This document shows, in pieces, positions 36,659-44,996 of a DNA stretch of 64,000 nt. Positions within the stretch are counted from its first letter, which is position 1; every line of letters begins with the position of its first letter. A program made the translations under genes and the position numbers. Origin of the DNA: a virus (lineage: Duplodnaviria; Caudoviricetes); IMG/VR virus record IMGVR_UViG_3300044679_000013, positions 1,816 to 65,815 of that record; one strand, given 5' to 3'. The notes beneath the pieces were generated by a model. It was not told where the DNA came from and made no database searches. It saw only the letters and a list, made by a program, of their open reading frames with translations.

Positions 36659-38098
36659 TCAGTACCAGTAAGTCTTTCCAGTTCCTTTTTCGATCCAGAT
36701 TTTCTTATTTCCTGTTTCCTTCGTTCCAAATAAGAAGGCGTCGTCTGCAGCATTGCGACTGCCGAACTTGCGAATCATGGCATCTCGATCTACCTGGCGC
36801 CCGTCGCCCGGATGTTTTTGTTCTGGTGCTCCGGTAGTAGTCGCTCCTGCTCCAGATTCCTGCCTGGATTGGCCTTCTGCCTTGCGCTCTTGCTTCTGAG
36901 TGGCGGAGAGGCCAGAGATACCAGCGTACTTTCTCCAGACTAAGCGAGCGGCTTCGGGCATTAACCGTTCTGCGACAGCCTTAGACATCTTGAGCCATTG
37001 GTCATGCTGCCCAGCCGCGAGAAGCTTTTGACGTTTCGCTTTGCCATCTGGGTCGCGCTTCTCAACTACTTTCGCGAATGCGGCCTGAATATCATTCAGA
37101 AGATCAGTCTTGATCTGGGGCGAGAGCTTACGGGAACCCGCGACTAGCTTTAGGGCATTCTCGGCGGCGGTTGTCAGGATTGGAGTTGCTTTCCCGGCTA
37201 AAGCTTGCCGTTGTAAGTTCCATTCCTGTTGCTTGAGTTGCTGTTCGCGCTGAGAGAGCTTCGCTTCATCCGGTCCCTTGGCTGCAGGTTTGGCCGGCGC
37301 ATTCTTGGCCGTTGCCTGCACGCCTTTAATCAGCTTCATTACCGCTTTGTACTCAGCCGAATCTGCGATCTCTGGTTTTTCGCCAAGCTTCGTCAATGCG
37401 AGCATGGCTGACATGCCCGACTCGTCTTGCTGCATCATCGTCGCCATGAACGTGCCAGCGGCGTCGTGCGCCCAGCCTTGCGGATCGGCCTTTTGCCAGC
37501 GGTCGAGAATTGTGGGCATGTTCTTTGTCAGCCCATCGCCATTCTCATCCAGCCATTTATTGATGACTTCGCCATCTCCTGCATTCCAGCCATTCAGGAA
37601 TGTGGCAGTTTCGCCTATTTCCTGTTTGACGGAATCCCATCCACCGAACGTATTGAGATCAGTCAAGAGCTCGCCAGCCACCTCAGGAGATTCAAAGTGC
37701 TCCTGATAGCGCTTGACCATCGAGACAGCTTTTTTGACTTGCTTAAAGACTTCCGGTTGAGCCTTTAGCGCTTCTTTGACGGTTTTATAGACATCAGGGC
37801 CGAACTCTTCAGCACTTGATTTATCTGTCGATTCGGTTTCGCCGGCATCAAAGTCTCCGAAGTCTCCAAAGTCCTCATCGCCCTCCGCTGAAATTCCCGC
37901 TTCCGCACGAACGGGTCCAGCATCTCCTTTTCCGTCAGTCGCATCGCTACCTCCAGGAATAGCTTTCCCGCCAGAACCTAAATCTCCACCCGTAGGAGGC
38001 GGAGTCGCGACGGAAGCTCCGCCTCCACCCACGGCAGGCGCACCAGCGGCAAACATCGTTCCACAAAAAAGTAAGTGGTTAAGAAGCCAATTCAGCAT
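36659..38098 (-). CDS. capsid scaffolding protein
   Basis: Acidic low-complexity N-terminus, coiled-coil helices, position between portal and capsid. Confidence 0.65.
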   Translation of the reverse strand: MLNWLLNHLLFCGTMFAAGAPAVGGGGASVATPPPTGGDLGSGGKAIPGGSDATDGKGDAGPVRAEAGISAEGDEDFGDFGDFDAGETESTDKSSAEEFGPDVYKTVKEALKAQPEVFKQVKKAVSMVKRYQEHFESPEVAGELLTDLNTFGGWDSVKQEIGETATFLNGWNAGDGEVINKWLDENGDGLTKNMPTILDRWQKADPQGWAHDAAGTFMATMMQQDESGMSAMLALTKLGEKPEIADSAEYKAVMKLIKGVQATAKNAPAKPAAKGPDEAKLSQREQQLKQQEWNLQRQALAGKATPILTTAAENALKLVAGSRKLSPQIKTDLLNDIQAAFAKVVEKRDPDGKAKRQKLLAAGQHDQWLKMSKAVAERLMPEAARLVWRKYAGISGLSATQKQERKAEGQSRQESGAGATTTGAPEQKHPGDGRQVDRDAMIRKFGSRNAADDAFLFGTKETGNKKIWIEKGTGKTYWY

Positions 38099-38110
38099 GT
38101 TTCCCCTTCA

Positions 38111-38320
38111 TCACTTCCCGCATGTTGGGCAATGTCGCTTAAATCTAGACCAAAATGGGCTGCATTCGGCGAGGGATGCCACGTACTCAGGGTCCAATCT
38201 GGCCATTGCGTTTTTGCCGGTGTCGTTCATATCGAAGCTATCGCGCTTGATGGCGTACAGTTGCTCAAGAACGATAACGATGTCTCGTAACTTTTGCTCT
38301 ACCGTCTGATCTGTAAGCAT
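38111..38320 (-). CDS. small hypothetical protein
   Basis: GAGGA RBS before ATG 38320; C-terminal CPTCGK. Confidence 0.55.
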   Translation of the reverse strand: MLTDQTVEQKLRDIVIVLEQLYAIKRDSFDMNDTGKNAMARLDPEYVASLAECSPFWSRFKRHCPTCGK

Positions 38321-38401
38321 TGATCCTCGTATGGCATAAGAGCAGTTCAGTTCTTCCCGAGAGGGAGCGGGTATCTGGTCCCGCACTGCATCGGTTGTTA
38401 C

Positions 38402-38477
38402 ATAACTGGAGTAAGCAACCTGATTAATGCTTCCTGAGGGTCGAGATAGTCTCTATTCCGCTATCCGCTCCAGTTAT
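38402..38477 (-). ncRNA. candidate structured leader RNA (three-way junction)
   Basis: 10-bp closing stem ATAACTGGAG/CTCCAGTTAT enclosing GATAG/CTATC and AAGCA/TGCTT stems, starting right after a late box. Confidence 0.4.
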
Positions 38478-38512
38478 TCGGGATTATTTAAACGGAATTG
38501 TCGGGATTATTT
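38478..38512 (-). promoter_or_regulatory. late promoter box (38478-38493) plus partial upstream copy (38499-38512)
   Basis: GTTTAAATAATCCCGA and AAATAATCCCGACA. Confidence 0.7.
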
Positions 38513-38557
38513 GTGGAGTTTTTGAGGCTGCCAATGCTCTCCCTCGAAAGCAGTTGA

Positions 38558-38794
38558 CTAAGCTGAGCGTTGCGTGACCTCACTGGTTCGTGCGGGCGGT
38601 TCTACTGTCTGGAATAGCCACGTAGTGGGGTATCCCAGGCACTTCGCTATCTTCACTTTTTCCTCTTGGGTAAACTCGAATCGCCCGCTCAAGCAACGTG
38701 AAAATCGGCTTTCGCTGATCTCCGCCTCCGCCGCTACTTCGTAATTGGCGCGCCGAGCCTGACTGCAGGCCCAACACAAATTTGGAAATATCAT
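38558..38794 (-). CDS. XRE/Cro-type helix-turn-helix protein
   Basis: YEVAAEAEISESRFSRCLSGR...EKVKIAKCLG...WLF HTH pattern; AGGA RBS. Confidence 0.75.
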   Translation of the reverse strand: MIFPNLCWACSQARRANYEVAAEAEISESRFSRCLSGRFEFTQEEKVKIAKCLGYPTTWLFQTVEPPARTSEVTQRSA

Positions 38795-38832
38795 TTGATC
38801 CTTCCTCCACTGTGCAGCAGCAAGATATCCTG

Positions 38833-38848
38833 TCGAGATTATTTAAAC
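38833..38848 (-). promoter_or_regulatory. late promoter box
   Basis: GTTTAAATAATCTCGA immediately after the portal stop codon. Confidence 0.7.
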
Positions 38849-38852
38849 GAGA

Positions 38853-41333
38853 TTACTGGACGGTTTTCGGGGAAATCTGCGGTGGATGCTGTTTTCCTGA
38901 GGCCATATGAGTCTGAGCGAGTTCGGCTCCCACGTCTGCAGTGAGGTCTAATCCAGCCTGCTTGCCGACTTGCAATTTCCCTGACGGACCCAAATCGGCG
39001 AAATTTATAGTCTCCGAGGGTGATTTAGGGGGCTTCGGTACTTTTGCCAGTTCCTTTGCTTGCTCAGATGCCGCGAAGCTTTGTAACTGCTGTTGCTGTT
39101 GTGCGGCCTGATCTTTCTGCATTTGCGCTTTGTGGGCCAGCATGTGAAGCTTAACATTCAAGTAGCCCTCTGGCGTATCTCGTTTCGCCTGTTGGCCGGT
39201 TGGGGAATTCAGCCAGTTCTTGCAGACTGTGAATTCCGCCGTTGAATCGTCTACCTCAGGATCAATTGGCACTGAAGGTTCATACATCTGTTCTGGTGCC
39301 GGAGGCGGAGGAGGAGCTTGGCCTGTCAACTGTGCCGCTGCTGCCTGAAGTTTCGCTTGTTGCATGACTTGCACGTTCGGAATTGGCGGCTCTTCCAAGA
39401 GCTGCTTAATTTCGCCCATCTGCTTTTCGTCGGAATCCGCGCCAGGTATTTCCAAATCCTGTAAGCCTAAAAGGTCTTTCGCCACAGCCATATTCTTCGG
39501 CAGACTCATTAGCGGGGCAGCGAAGGGCATCTGGAGAACTTCGTTGAGCGCTTCTTTGCGTTCTGCATGGGTATTTGGATAAGACTCGTCGCCATCCGGC
39601 ACACACGCCCAGTTTCCGTCGTGTAAATCTTCGAGGTCTACCAGTTTGTCGTCAACTCTGATCTTCCCATCTTCATCCGCTTCTGAAGCACGGTAATAAG
39701 CCCCGATCCGAATTAACTGCATCATGGACTTCGCGTAGCCTTCGCGAAACGCAGACCACGCAATTCCCGATTGGCCCTTGGACGCAGCTTGTAACAATTT
39801 AATTCCGCCTAGCGTAGAATTCGAAGGATCAGACTCACCAATCGCAGCGGGATATAGGCCTGTAAGAGATTGCGGAATTGACCCCAGAAGGGCTTGCCAC
39901 ATCGCATCTTCATCGACAGGAACCTGAGGCTGAGGTTCGACAAAGAACATATTCGCCGCATTGCCGCCTTGAGCAATGGTCATCGGGTAATGAGCGCCCG
40001 GACCTGCCTTTTCTTTCGCAATGGCTTGAAGATTTACCGTATCCTTGTCGCAGTAAATCGCTGGAATGGACTTCATCGCCCGTTCCATCTTTAAGTCTGT
40101 CAGATCGAGTAGGGCATCCTGTACGGGCATAATCAAATACCCGCACGAAGGCGTAGCCTGCCCGTCTCCCGGAAGAGGGTGAATGTCATTCCAGTGATCG
40201 TCCATCGACTCATTGCGCGATCGGCAATACGTTTCTCCAACCCACTCGACTAAACATCCGTCTGGGTAGTTATCCTCCATCCACAAGCGGTCTTGCTCAT
40301 TGTCAATTTCTGCGAAGAATGATGGCCTAATCCAGTCACGCTCCCACGTCCCGAGCTGTCCTACAGTATCCCCGGTCTGCTGTAACATCCTGAGACCTTG
40401 GGTTACGGCGATCCTCGTCGTGCGATCAAACGCGTATTCTCCCGGCCCCGGCTGCCCACCTTTTAACTGCTTGGCGCGCCATGGGAACATCGACTTCAAT
40501 TTCCCCATCCCACACTCAAAAGCTAGTTGCCGGAAGTCTTTTGGCGAGGTTCTTTGTGCGGTGATCGGGACTTTACATTCCAGGACTCCATAGGCGTCGA
40601 TAACTTCCCCGCCTTTCGGCTGTCGCGGTTTCTTTTCTGGCGGATTACCGCCTTCCCCAATTCCTTCGTCTGACTCTTCGTCGTGAGCCTCATCTTCATA
40701 GCCAAAGCGAGCGCCATCCGTTACCCAACGGGAATAAAACGATGTTCTGCCATCCGTAAAAGACAGTCTGGCGGCGTCCATGCGAAAGTCTTTGATAGAA
40801 TTTTGTGCTTCGATCTTCTCTCGCATTGTATCGGCGGCGGATGAAACCCTCAGAGCGTTTGGGGCATCAACTTTCTTTGCCTCCATCCTGATCTTCCACG
40901 GCTCCGAGACGACCGTAATGTGTCCTCTGCCGAATGATTGGAAGATGTTCAGCGGATAATGAAGGGAAACGTCACCCGCATCAGCTTCCGTGGAGCTTGT
41001 GTTTCCACCTAGTAAACTGGGTTGCTCCCAAGTGTTCTGCTGTTCGTTCCAGCAAACATCGAACATCCCACGCCAGTAAAATCTCTGCTCCGCAGCCCGC
41101 TTGACTTCCTCGATCCGCGCGAACTGATCCTGTTGTGCGATCTTTCTGCAAAGCTCTTTAATGACTGCCTGATACCTTTCAGGGATAAGCTGGGTCGTCT
41201 CTGGAGTCTTGCCGTATTTCTCCTTGAATGGCTTGTGGCCTTCGACAGACGTAGCTTCGCCAGGCGCGAATTTCTGCGTCAGGTCTTCCATCCCTTCTTG
41301 TTTATCGGGTTGGTCAGGCGTCATGTCTGGCAT
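38853..41333 (-). CDS. portal protein (P22-like, long)
   Basis: 826 aa in the head module; LMPVQD, TG....AIG, Q-rich C-terminal barrel region. Confidence 0.8.
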   Translation of the reverse strand: MPDMTPDQPDKQEGMEDLTQKFAPGEATSVEGHKPFKEKYGKTPETTQLIPERYQAVIKELCRKIAQQDQFARIEEVKRAAEQRFYWRGMFDVCWNEQQNTWEQPSLLGGNTSSTEADAGDVSLHYPLNIFQSFGRGHITVVSEPWKIRMEAKKVDAPNALRVSSAADTMREKIEAQNSIKDFRMDAARLSFTDGRTSFYSRWVTDGARFGYEDEAHDEESDEGIGEGGNPPEKKPRQPKGGEVIDAYGVLECKVPITAQRTSPKDFRQLAFECGMGKLKSMFPWRAKQLKGGQPGPGEYAFDRTTRIAVTQGLRMLQQTGDTVGQLGTWERDWIRPSFFAEIDNEQDRLWMEDNYPDGCLVEWVGETYCRSRNESMDDHWNDIHPLPGDGQATPSCGYLIMPVQDALLDLTDLKMERAMKSIPAIYCDKDTVNLQAIAKEKAGPGAHYPMTIAQGGNAANMFFVEPQPQVPVDEDAMWQALLGSIPQSLTGLYPAAIGESDPSNSTLGGIKLLQAASKGQSGIAWSAFREGYAKSMMQLIRIGAYYRASEADEDGKIRVDDKLVDLEDLHDGNWACVPDGDESYPNTHAERKEALNEVLQMPFAAPLMSLPKNMAVAKDLLGLQDLEIPGADSDEKQMGEIKQLLEEPPIPNVQVMQQAKLQAAAAQLTGQAPPPPPAPEQMYEPSVPIDPEVDDSTAEFTVCKNWLNSPTGQQAKRDTPEGYLNVKLHMLAHKAQMQKDQAAQQQQQLQSFAASEQAKELAKVPKPPKSPSETINFADLGPSGKLQVGKQAGLDLTADVGAELAQTHMASGKQHPPQISPKTVQ

Positions 41334-41342
41334 GAGCGCCTC

Positions 41343-41753
41343 TTATCTCTTGAATGTCGCTGTGGTGGTAACCGCGTTGGCAGGCTTGGAGGAAACGTAG
41401 AGCGCAACAAATCGCGCATTCGTGTAGGGCATGTCAAGATGAACAGATGTTCCCGTGACTGGATCGAGTTGGGCTTGTGTAACCTGATAAGTCGTATCTG
41501 GCATCGAGTAGCCAGCCGACCCCAGAGAATCTTTGGCCGAAAAGACAACATTGAAGGTAAAGTTTCCCGGAGCCGCACTGAACTCAAGGTCAAGGCTGAT
41601 CGGGTTCCCACTGCCCAGAGGATAGTTACTCAGAGCCAGCGCTTGAGAGTATTCGCCGTTCGTAACAGCTTCGGCGCTGAACACGTCTACAGATGCACCC
41701 GGAAACAGGGTGGCGAGAGAAAGTGTCGCCGAACTTTGGACGTAGGCTGGCAT
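41343..41753 (-). CDS. beta-rich hypothetical virion protein
   Basis: TAATG coupling; jelly-roll-like strand pattern. Confidence 0.6.
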   Translation of the reverse strand: MPAYVQSSATLSLATLFPGASVDVFSAEAVTNGEYSQALALSNYPLGSGNPISLDLEFSAAPGNFTFNVVFSAKDSLGSAGYSMPDTTYQVTQAQLDPVTGTSVHLDMPYTNARFVALYVSSKPANAVTTTATFKR

Positions 41754-42067
41754 TAGTGTTTCGCTGACATAAACGCTAGTGCAAGTCGTGCGCGTTTCCC
41801 GGTCTTGCCGGGAGCAGATTTCTTTTCTTCGGCATACTCGCGGGTTGATTTCCCCGCTCTTGCGGCGGCGCCGGAAAACACGCCCTTAGTCCCAGCGTGC
41901 TTCTCGCGTTCCGATTCGTCCTGCATCCACTTATCAGCCATCTTGTGCTCCGGCAAACCGCTAAAGTCGGTTGCGTGATTCCACTCGTCTACGTTCACGC
42001 CTTGCTTCTCAAGCTTGGCGCGGTTGGCATTGAAGTAAGCCGCTTGCGCTTTGCTCTTGTACGGCAC
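41753..42067 (-). CDS. small basic head-associated protein
   Basis: MPYKSKAQ and KRARLA motifs typical of phage head-module small proteins. Confidence 0.65.
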   Translation of the reverse strand: MPYKSKAQAAYFNANRAKLEKQGVNVDEWNHATDFSGLPEHKMADKWMQDESEREKHAGTKGVFSGAAARAGKSTREYAEEKKSAPGKTGKRARLALAFMSAKH

Positions 42068-42381
42068 TACGCCCCCGAGTCAGTCACGTCCAGAATGAAG
42101 GTTCCTGAGCCAGCCGCCTGCGGAGTTCCTGAGACCGTTACATTACCGCTGGCGTCGATAGCAAATGTAAGGCCGGGAGGCAAAGGGCTGGGACTCGCCG
42201 GATCAACTACGGGATTCTGATAAGGCGGCGTTCCCCCGGTGATTACTGCTACGGGAGTTGCCGCAACAGCCACGCCCACAGTCTCTTCAGGAAGAGTCAC
42301 CGAGGCAGGAGTAGCAACTAACGGTGCGGGCGGGGCCGCTGCGATGGTGAGAGTTACGCTAATCTGTACTGTCTGCGGCAT
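42067..42381 (-). CDS. putative Ig (He_PIG-type) domain protein
   Basis: GGTPPY...LPPGLT......SGTP..AG..TF...VTDS; AGGAG RBS before ATG 42381. Confidence 0.75.
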   Translation of the reverse strand: MPQTVQISVTLTIAAAPPAPLVATPASVTLPEETVGVAVAATPVAVITGGTPPYQNPVVDPASPSPLPPGLTFAIDASGNVTVSGTPQAAGSGTFILDVTDSGA

Positions 42382-42419
42382 GAATTCTCCTAATAACTCG
42401 ATCAGTTCAAACAGAAGCC

Positions 42420-42761
42420 TTACTGCTTCTTGGTGCTTGCACTCTTTCCCCATGCAGCACTCTTTTTCTCCGTAGCCTCTTTGGCTTTCAGTTCATCGGC
42501 CAAGGCGTCCAAATCTTCTGCGCTCGGCTTATTGTGCTCGGCCATGATCTTCTCTGCGCCGTGCTTGTCCACGTAAGCCTTGGCCTCATCAAACATCTTG
42601 GGGCCATCTTTCATCGGATCTTTCCCGGTATAGGCTGCGTGAATCCTGGCTAACGTGATCCGCATCGCGGACTTCAGTGTTTCTTCCGCCTCAGCCGCTG
42701 CTATGTGCAACGGGTTCGGCTTCGGTCGTGTACTCGGTACTCCAGCAGCATTCTCTGGCAT
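42420..42761 (-). CDS. hypothetical protein
   Basis: AAGGA RBS; helical composition. Confidence 0.6.
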   Translation of the reverse strand: MPENAAGVPSTRPKPNPLHIAAAEAEETLKSAMRITLARIHAAYTGKDPMKDGPKMFDEAKAYVDKHGAEKIMAEHNKPSAEDLDALADELKAKEATEKKSAAWGKSASTKKQ

Positions 42762-42769
42762 AGGTATCC

Positions 42770-43618
42770 TTAGAAGCTAGACTGTGCCTGCGAAACGCCC
42801 CACACCTTGATATGTGCGGCTCCAGCTCCTGCCGTACCACCCGCCGCAGTAATGAGCAAGTCGCCCGTCCCAGCTCCACCATTTACATTGGTTGGCGTCA
42901 CCTGGAAACCAGCGCAACCCAACCCAGCGGTTAAGCTCGTACAAGCTGAGATATAGGAAGCGGTTGCACCCGAGATACCGACGCTGTAACTCGTGGAGGT
43001 GGTAATGGTGGTTGTGACGTGGACCGAAGCTCCCATATTCGTGAAGTCTTTCGGGATCAGGCAGCTTGAGGTCGTGGTCGCGCCCGCGGTGCTCAGGGTA
43101 ATCACGCCGCAATCAATCTGGTATGCGACTGGCCCACCGCCGTTGTTCGAGGCGTCATTCATTGCCTCCTGCCAACCACTGTCAGCAGAAGTAATGAGGT
43201 CACCACGGCCATGTGCATAAGTAAACGTAGCGCTGATCTGGCAAGTCCCTTGCTGTGCCGCACCCTGATTCGGGTTGCTGCAGCCAGAGACAGTATAAGA
43301 CGTCACTGTCTCCTGATTGCCAGAGCCGAGACTGCCAATGACAAACGGAGGCAAGGCAACGTTCTCGGTCGCCACTGCCGTATTGCCAAAGATGCTTACC
43401 TGGCGATGGTTTGGGAGCGTGATCGAGCCATTGTAAAGAGTGATCGTGTACGCTCCAGTGCCAGTCGATCCACTGTAGACCATGATCGGCGCGTAATTGT
43501 AGTCTTGGGCATTCCAGAGCGCCGGAGTAGTTCCGGGTTGGCTGAGATAGCCTTGGCCGAATACCGAGATACTCAGGATTGTCAGGGCAAAGCCCAGAAT
43601 CAGATTGCGAAGTTTCAT
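42770..43618 (-). CDS. signal-peptide-bearing protein in the head module (possible decoration protein)
   Basis: MKLRNLILGFALTILSISVFG-Q; paired Cys; C-terminal beta-sandwich pattern. Confidence 0.65.
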   Translation of the reverse strand: MKLRNLILGFALTILSISVFGQGYLSQPGTTPALWNAQDYNYAPIMVYSGSTGTGAYTITLYNGSITLPNHRQVSIFGNTAVATENVALPPFVIGSLGSGNQETVTSYTVSGCSNPNQGAAQQGTCQISATFTYAHGRGDLITSADSGWQEAMNDASNNGGGPVAYQIDCGVITLSTAGATTTSSCLIPKDFTNMGASVHVTTTITTSTSYSVGISGATASYISACTSLTAGLGCAGFQVTPTNVNGGAGTGDLLITAAGGTAGAGAAHIKVWGVSQAQSSF

Positions 43619-43642
43619 AGTCTCCTGTCCTTTACCGAGAAA

Positions 43643-43990
43643 TTACCCTAACAAACTGTCTAATGCCTGCTTGGAACCTTCAGAACCGTAATCCGAATCC
43701 ATGTCCTCGTTTTCCATGTCGCCGCCGCCCAGATGCTCGTGCATGTGGCTCATCAACTCTTCTTTCGAGTCCATCGGGCCATGCTTTGAGCCGTCTGCGT
43801 GTTTGACGTGAAACGGAGGTGCGGGAGCTTCTTTCGTCCCACCGTGCTTAATCATCATCACGTTTTTGCCAGAATCCACTTCGTTGCCACCTTCGGAGTT
43901 GTCGGTCTTTTCTTCTGCCATGGGTTTCTTGCCGAATCGTTCGGCCTGTCCATAAGTCCGGTAGTGCTTGCCGTCTGCTCCAGGAGGCAT
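43643..43990 (-). CDS. His/acidic small hypothetical protein
   Basis: First gene after a late box; HMHEHLGG motif. Confidence 0.6.
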   Translation of the reverse strand: MPPGADGKHYRTYGQAERFGKKPMAEEKTDNSEGGNEVDSGKNVMMIKHGGTKEAPAPPFHVKHADGSKHGPMDSKEELMSHMHEHLGGGDMENEDMDSDYGSEGSKQALDSLLG

Positions 43991-44013
43991 AGGTGTATTA
44001 CCTTTCTGCGTTG

Positions 44014-44029
44014 TCGGGATTATTTAAAC
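44014..44029 (-). promoter_or_regulatory. late promoter box
   Basis: GTTTAAATAATCCCGA upstream of the head operon. Confidence 0.75.
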
Positions 44030-44065
44030 GAGATTCTTGCTTTGGAGGGTAACGGTTAGGTGGGG

Positions 44066-44434
44066 TTATTCGGCCTTGCGGGTTCCTGAGGAGATCAGCC
44101 TGTGATTCTCCTCGATCTGCTTGCCTGTTTCGGTGGTCAAGGGCACTCGTTTGGAGGCTTCGTACTTCCGTTTACGGTCACTAAAGCGTATATGCCCAGA
44201 GAGGATAGTAGAGCGATCTGGCTCGGCTGGCTTGGGCTTGGCCAAAGGGCTGTCGATAGATTGTAGGCTGTCGATCTGGTCTTGGAGATTCTGGATTGCC
44301 GTGCTGTAATCCGGCGTGGAGTGCGATTCCAACTGCCTGAGCATTTTCAGCAGTTCATCGTGTCTCCGCGTAGCTATCTGGTAGTCGTCGGTCAGGCCCA
44401 ATAGGTTGCGGAGCCAGTTACGAAGCTTATCCAT
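44066..44434 (-). CDS. coiled-coil hypothetical protein, tandem paralogue B
   Basis: GGAGG RBS; KLRNWLRN and QNLQDQI.SLQSIDSPLAK shared with the neighbour. Confidence 0.65.
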   Translation of the reverse strand: MDKLRNWLRNLLGLTDDYQIATRRHDELLKMLRQLESHSTPDYSTAIQNLQDQIDSLQSIDSPLAKPKPAEPDRSTILSGHIRFSDRKRKYEASKRVPLTTETGKQIEENHRLISSGTRKAE

Positions 44435-44490
44435 TGCATACCTCCCGAAGAATCTCGTCCGCCGCTTTTCGCAATCGCTCTCTGGTTCGC

Positions 44491-44844
44491 TCATCTCCGT
44501 CTCGGCCCCTTTCTTCTGGCTGGCTTGGATTTGGCGAGCGGGCTGTCTATGGATTGCAGGGATGTGATTTGATCTTGAAGATTTTGGACCGCAGTTGATA
44601 ACTCTTCGTGTTTTCGCCTAAACTCCTGAATTGCCCCACCCATTGCAGCGTCTACCTTGGAACATAACGCCTCGGCTTCTAGCCTACCCGTTTGGGCCAA
44701 GACATTTACTTTATTGACACGATCCTCGATGCGCTTGAAGTCGTTTCTCGACTTCTCTTCAAGGGCCAAGTGTCGGTCTGTTACTTCTGCGCCAAGGGCA
44801 ACTATCCCTAGCCAGTTGCGGAGCCAGTTACGAAGCTTGGTCAT
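44491..44844 (-). CDS. coiled-coil hypothetical protein, tandem paralogue A
   Basis: Same shared motifs; GAGGA RBS. Confidence 0.65.
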   Translation of the reverse strand: MTKLRNWLRNWLGIVALGAEVTDRHLALEEKSRNDFKRIEDRVNKVNVLAQTGRLEAEALCSKVDAAMGGAIQEFRRKHEELSTAVQNLQDQITSLQSIDSPLAKSKPARRKGPRRR

Positions 44845-44996
44845 AGTCCTCTCGCCTTAATAGTGTCCGCCAGACTTCGGAAGCACTGCATACAAATATC
44901 GTGATGCGGCCTATTGGCTACCTTACCACGACGGCTAGACTTAGCAGGGCGTTTGCCACACTGCTTGCACATGTTGTCGTGTTTTGGAAGTTTCAT
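44841..44996 (-). CDS. 51-aa Zn-finger protein (below cut-off)
   Basis: MKLPKHDNMCKQCGKR...CMQCFRSLADTIKARGL; ATGA overlaps at both ends. Confidence 0.6.
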   Translation of the reverse strand: MKLPKHDNMCKQCGKRPAKSSRRGKVANRPHHDICMQCFRSLADTIKARGL

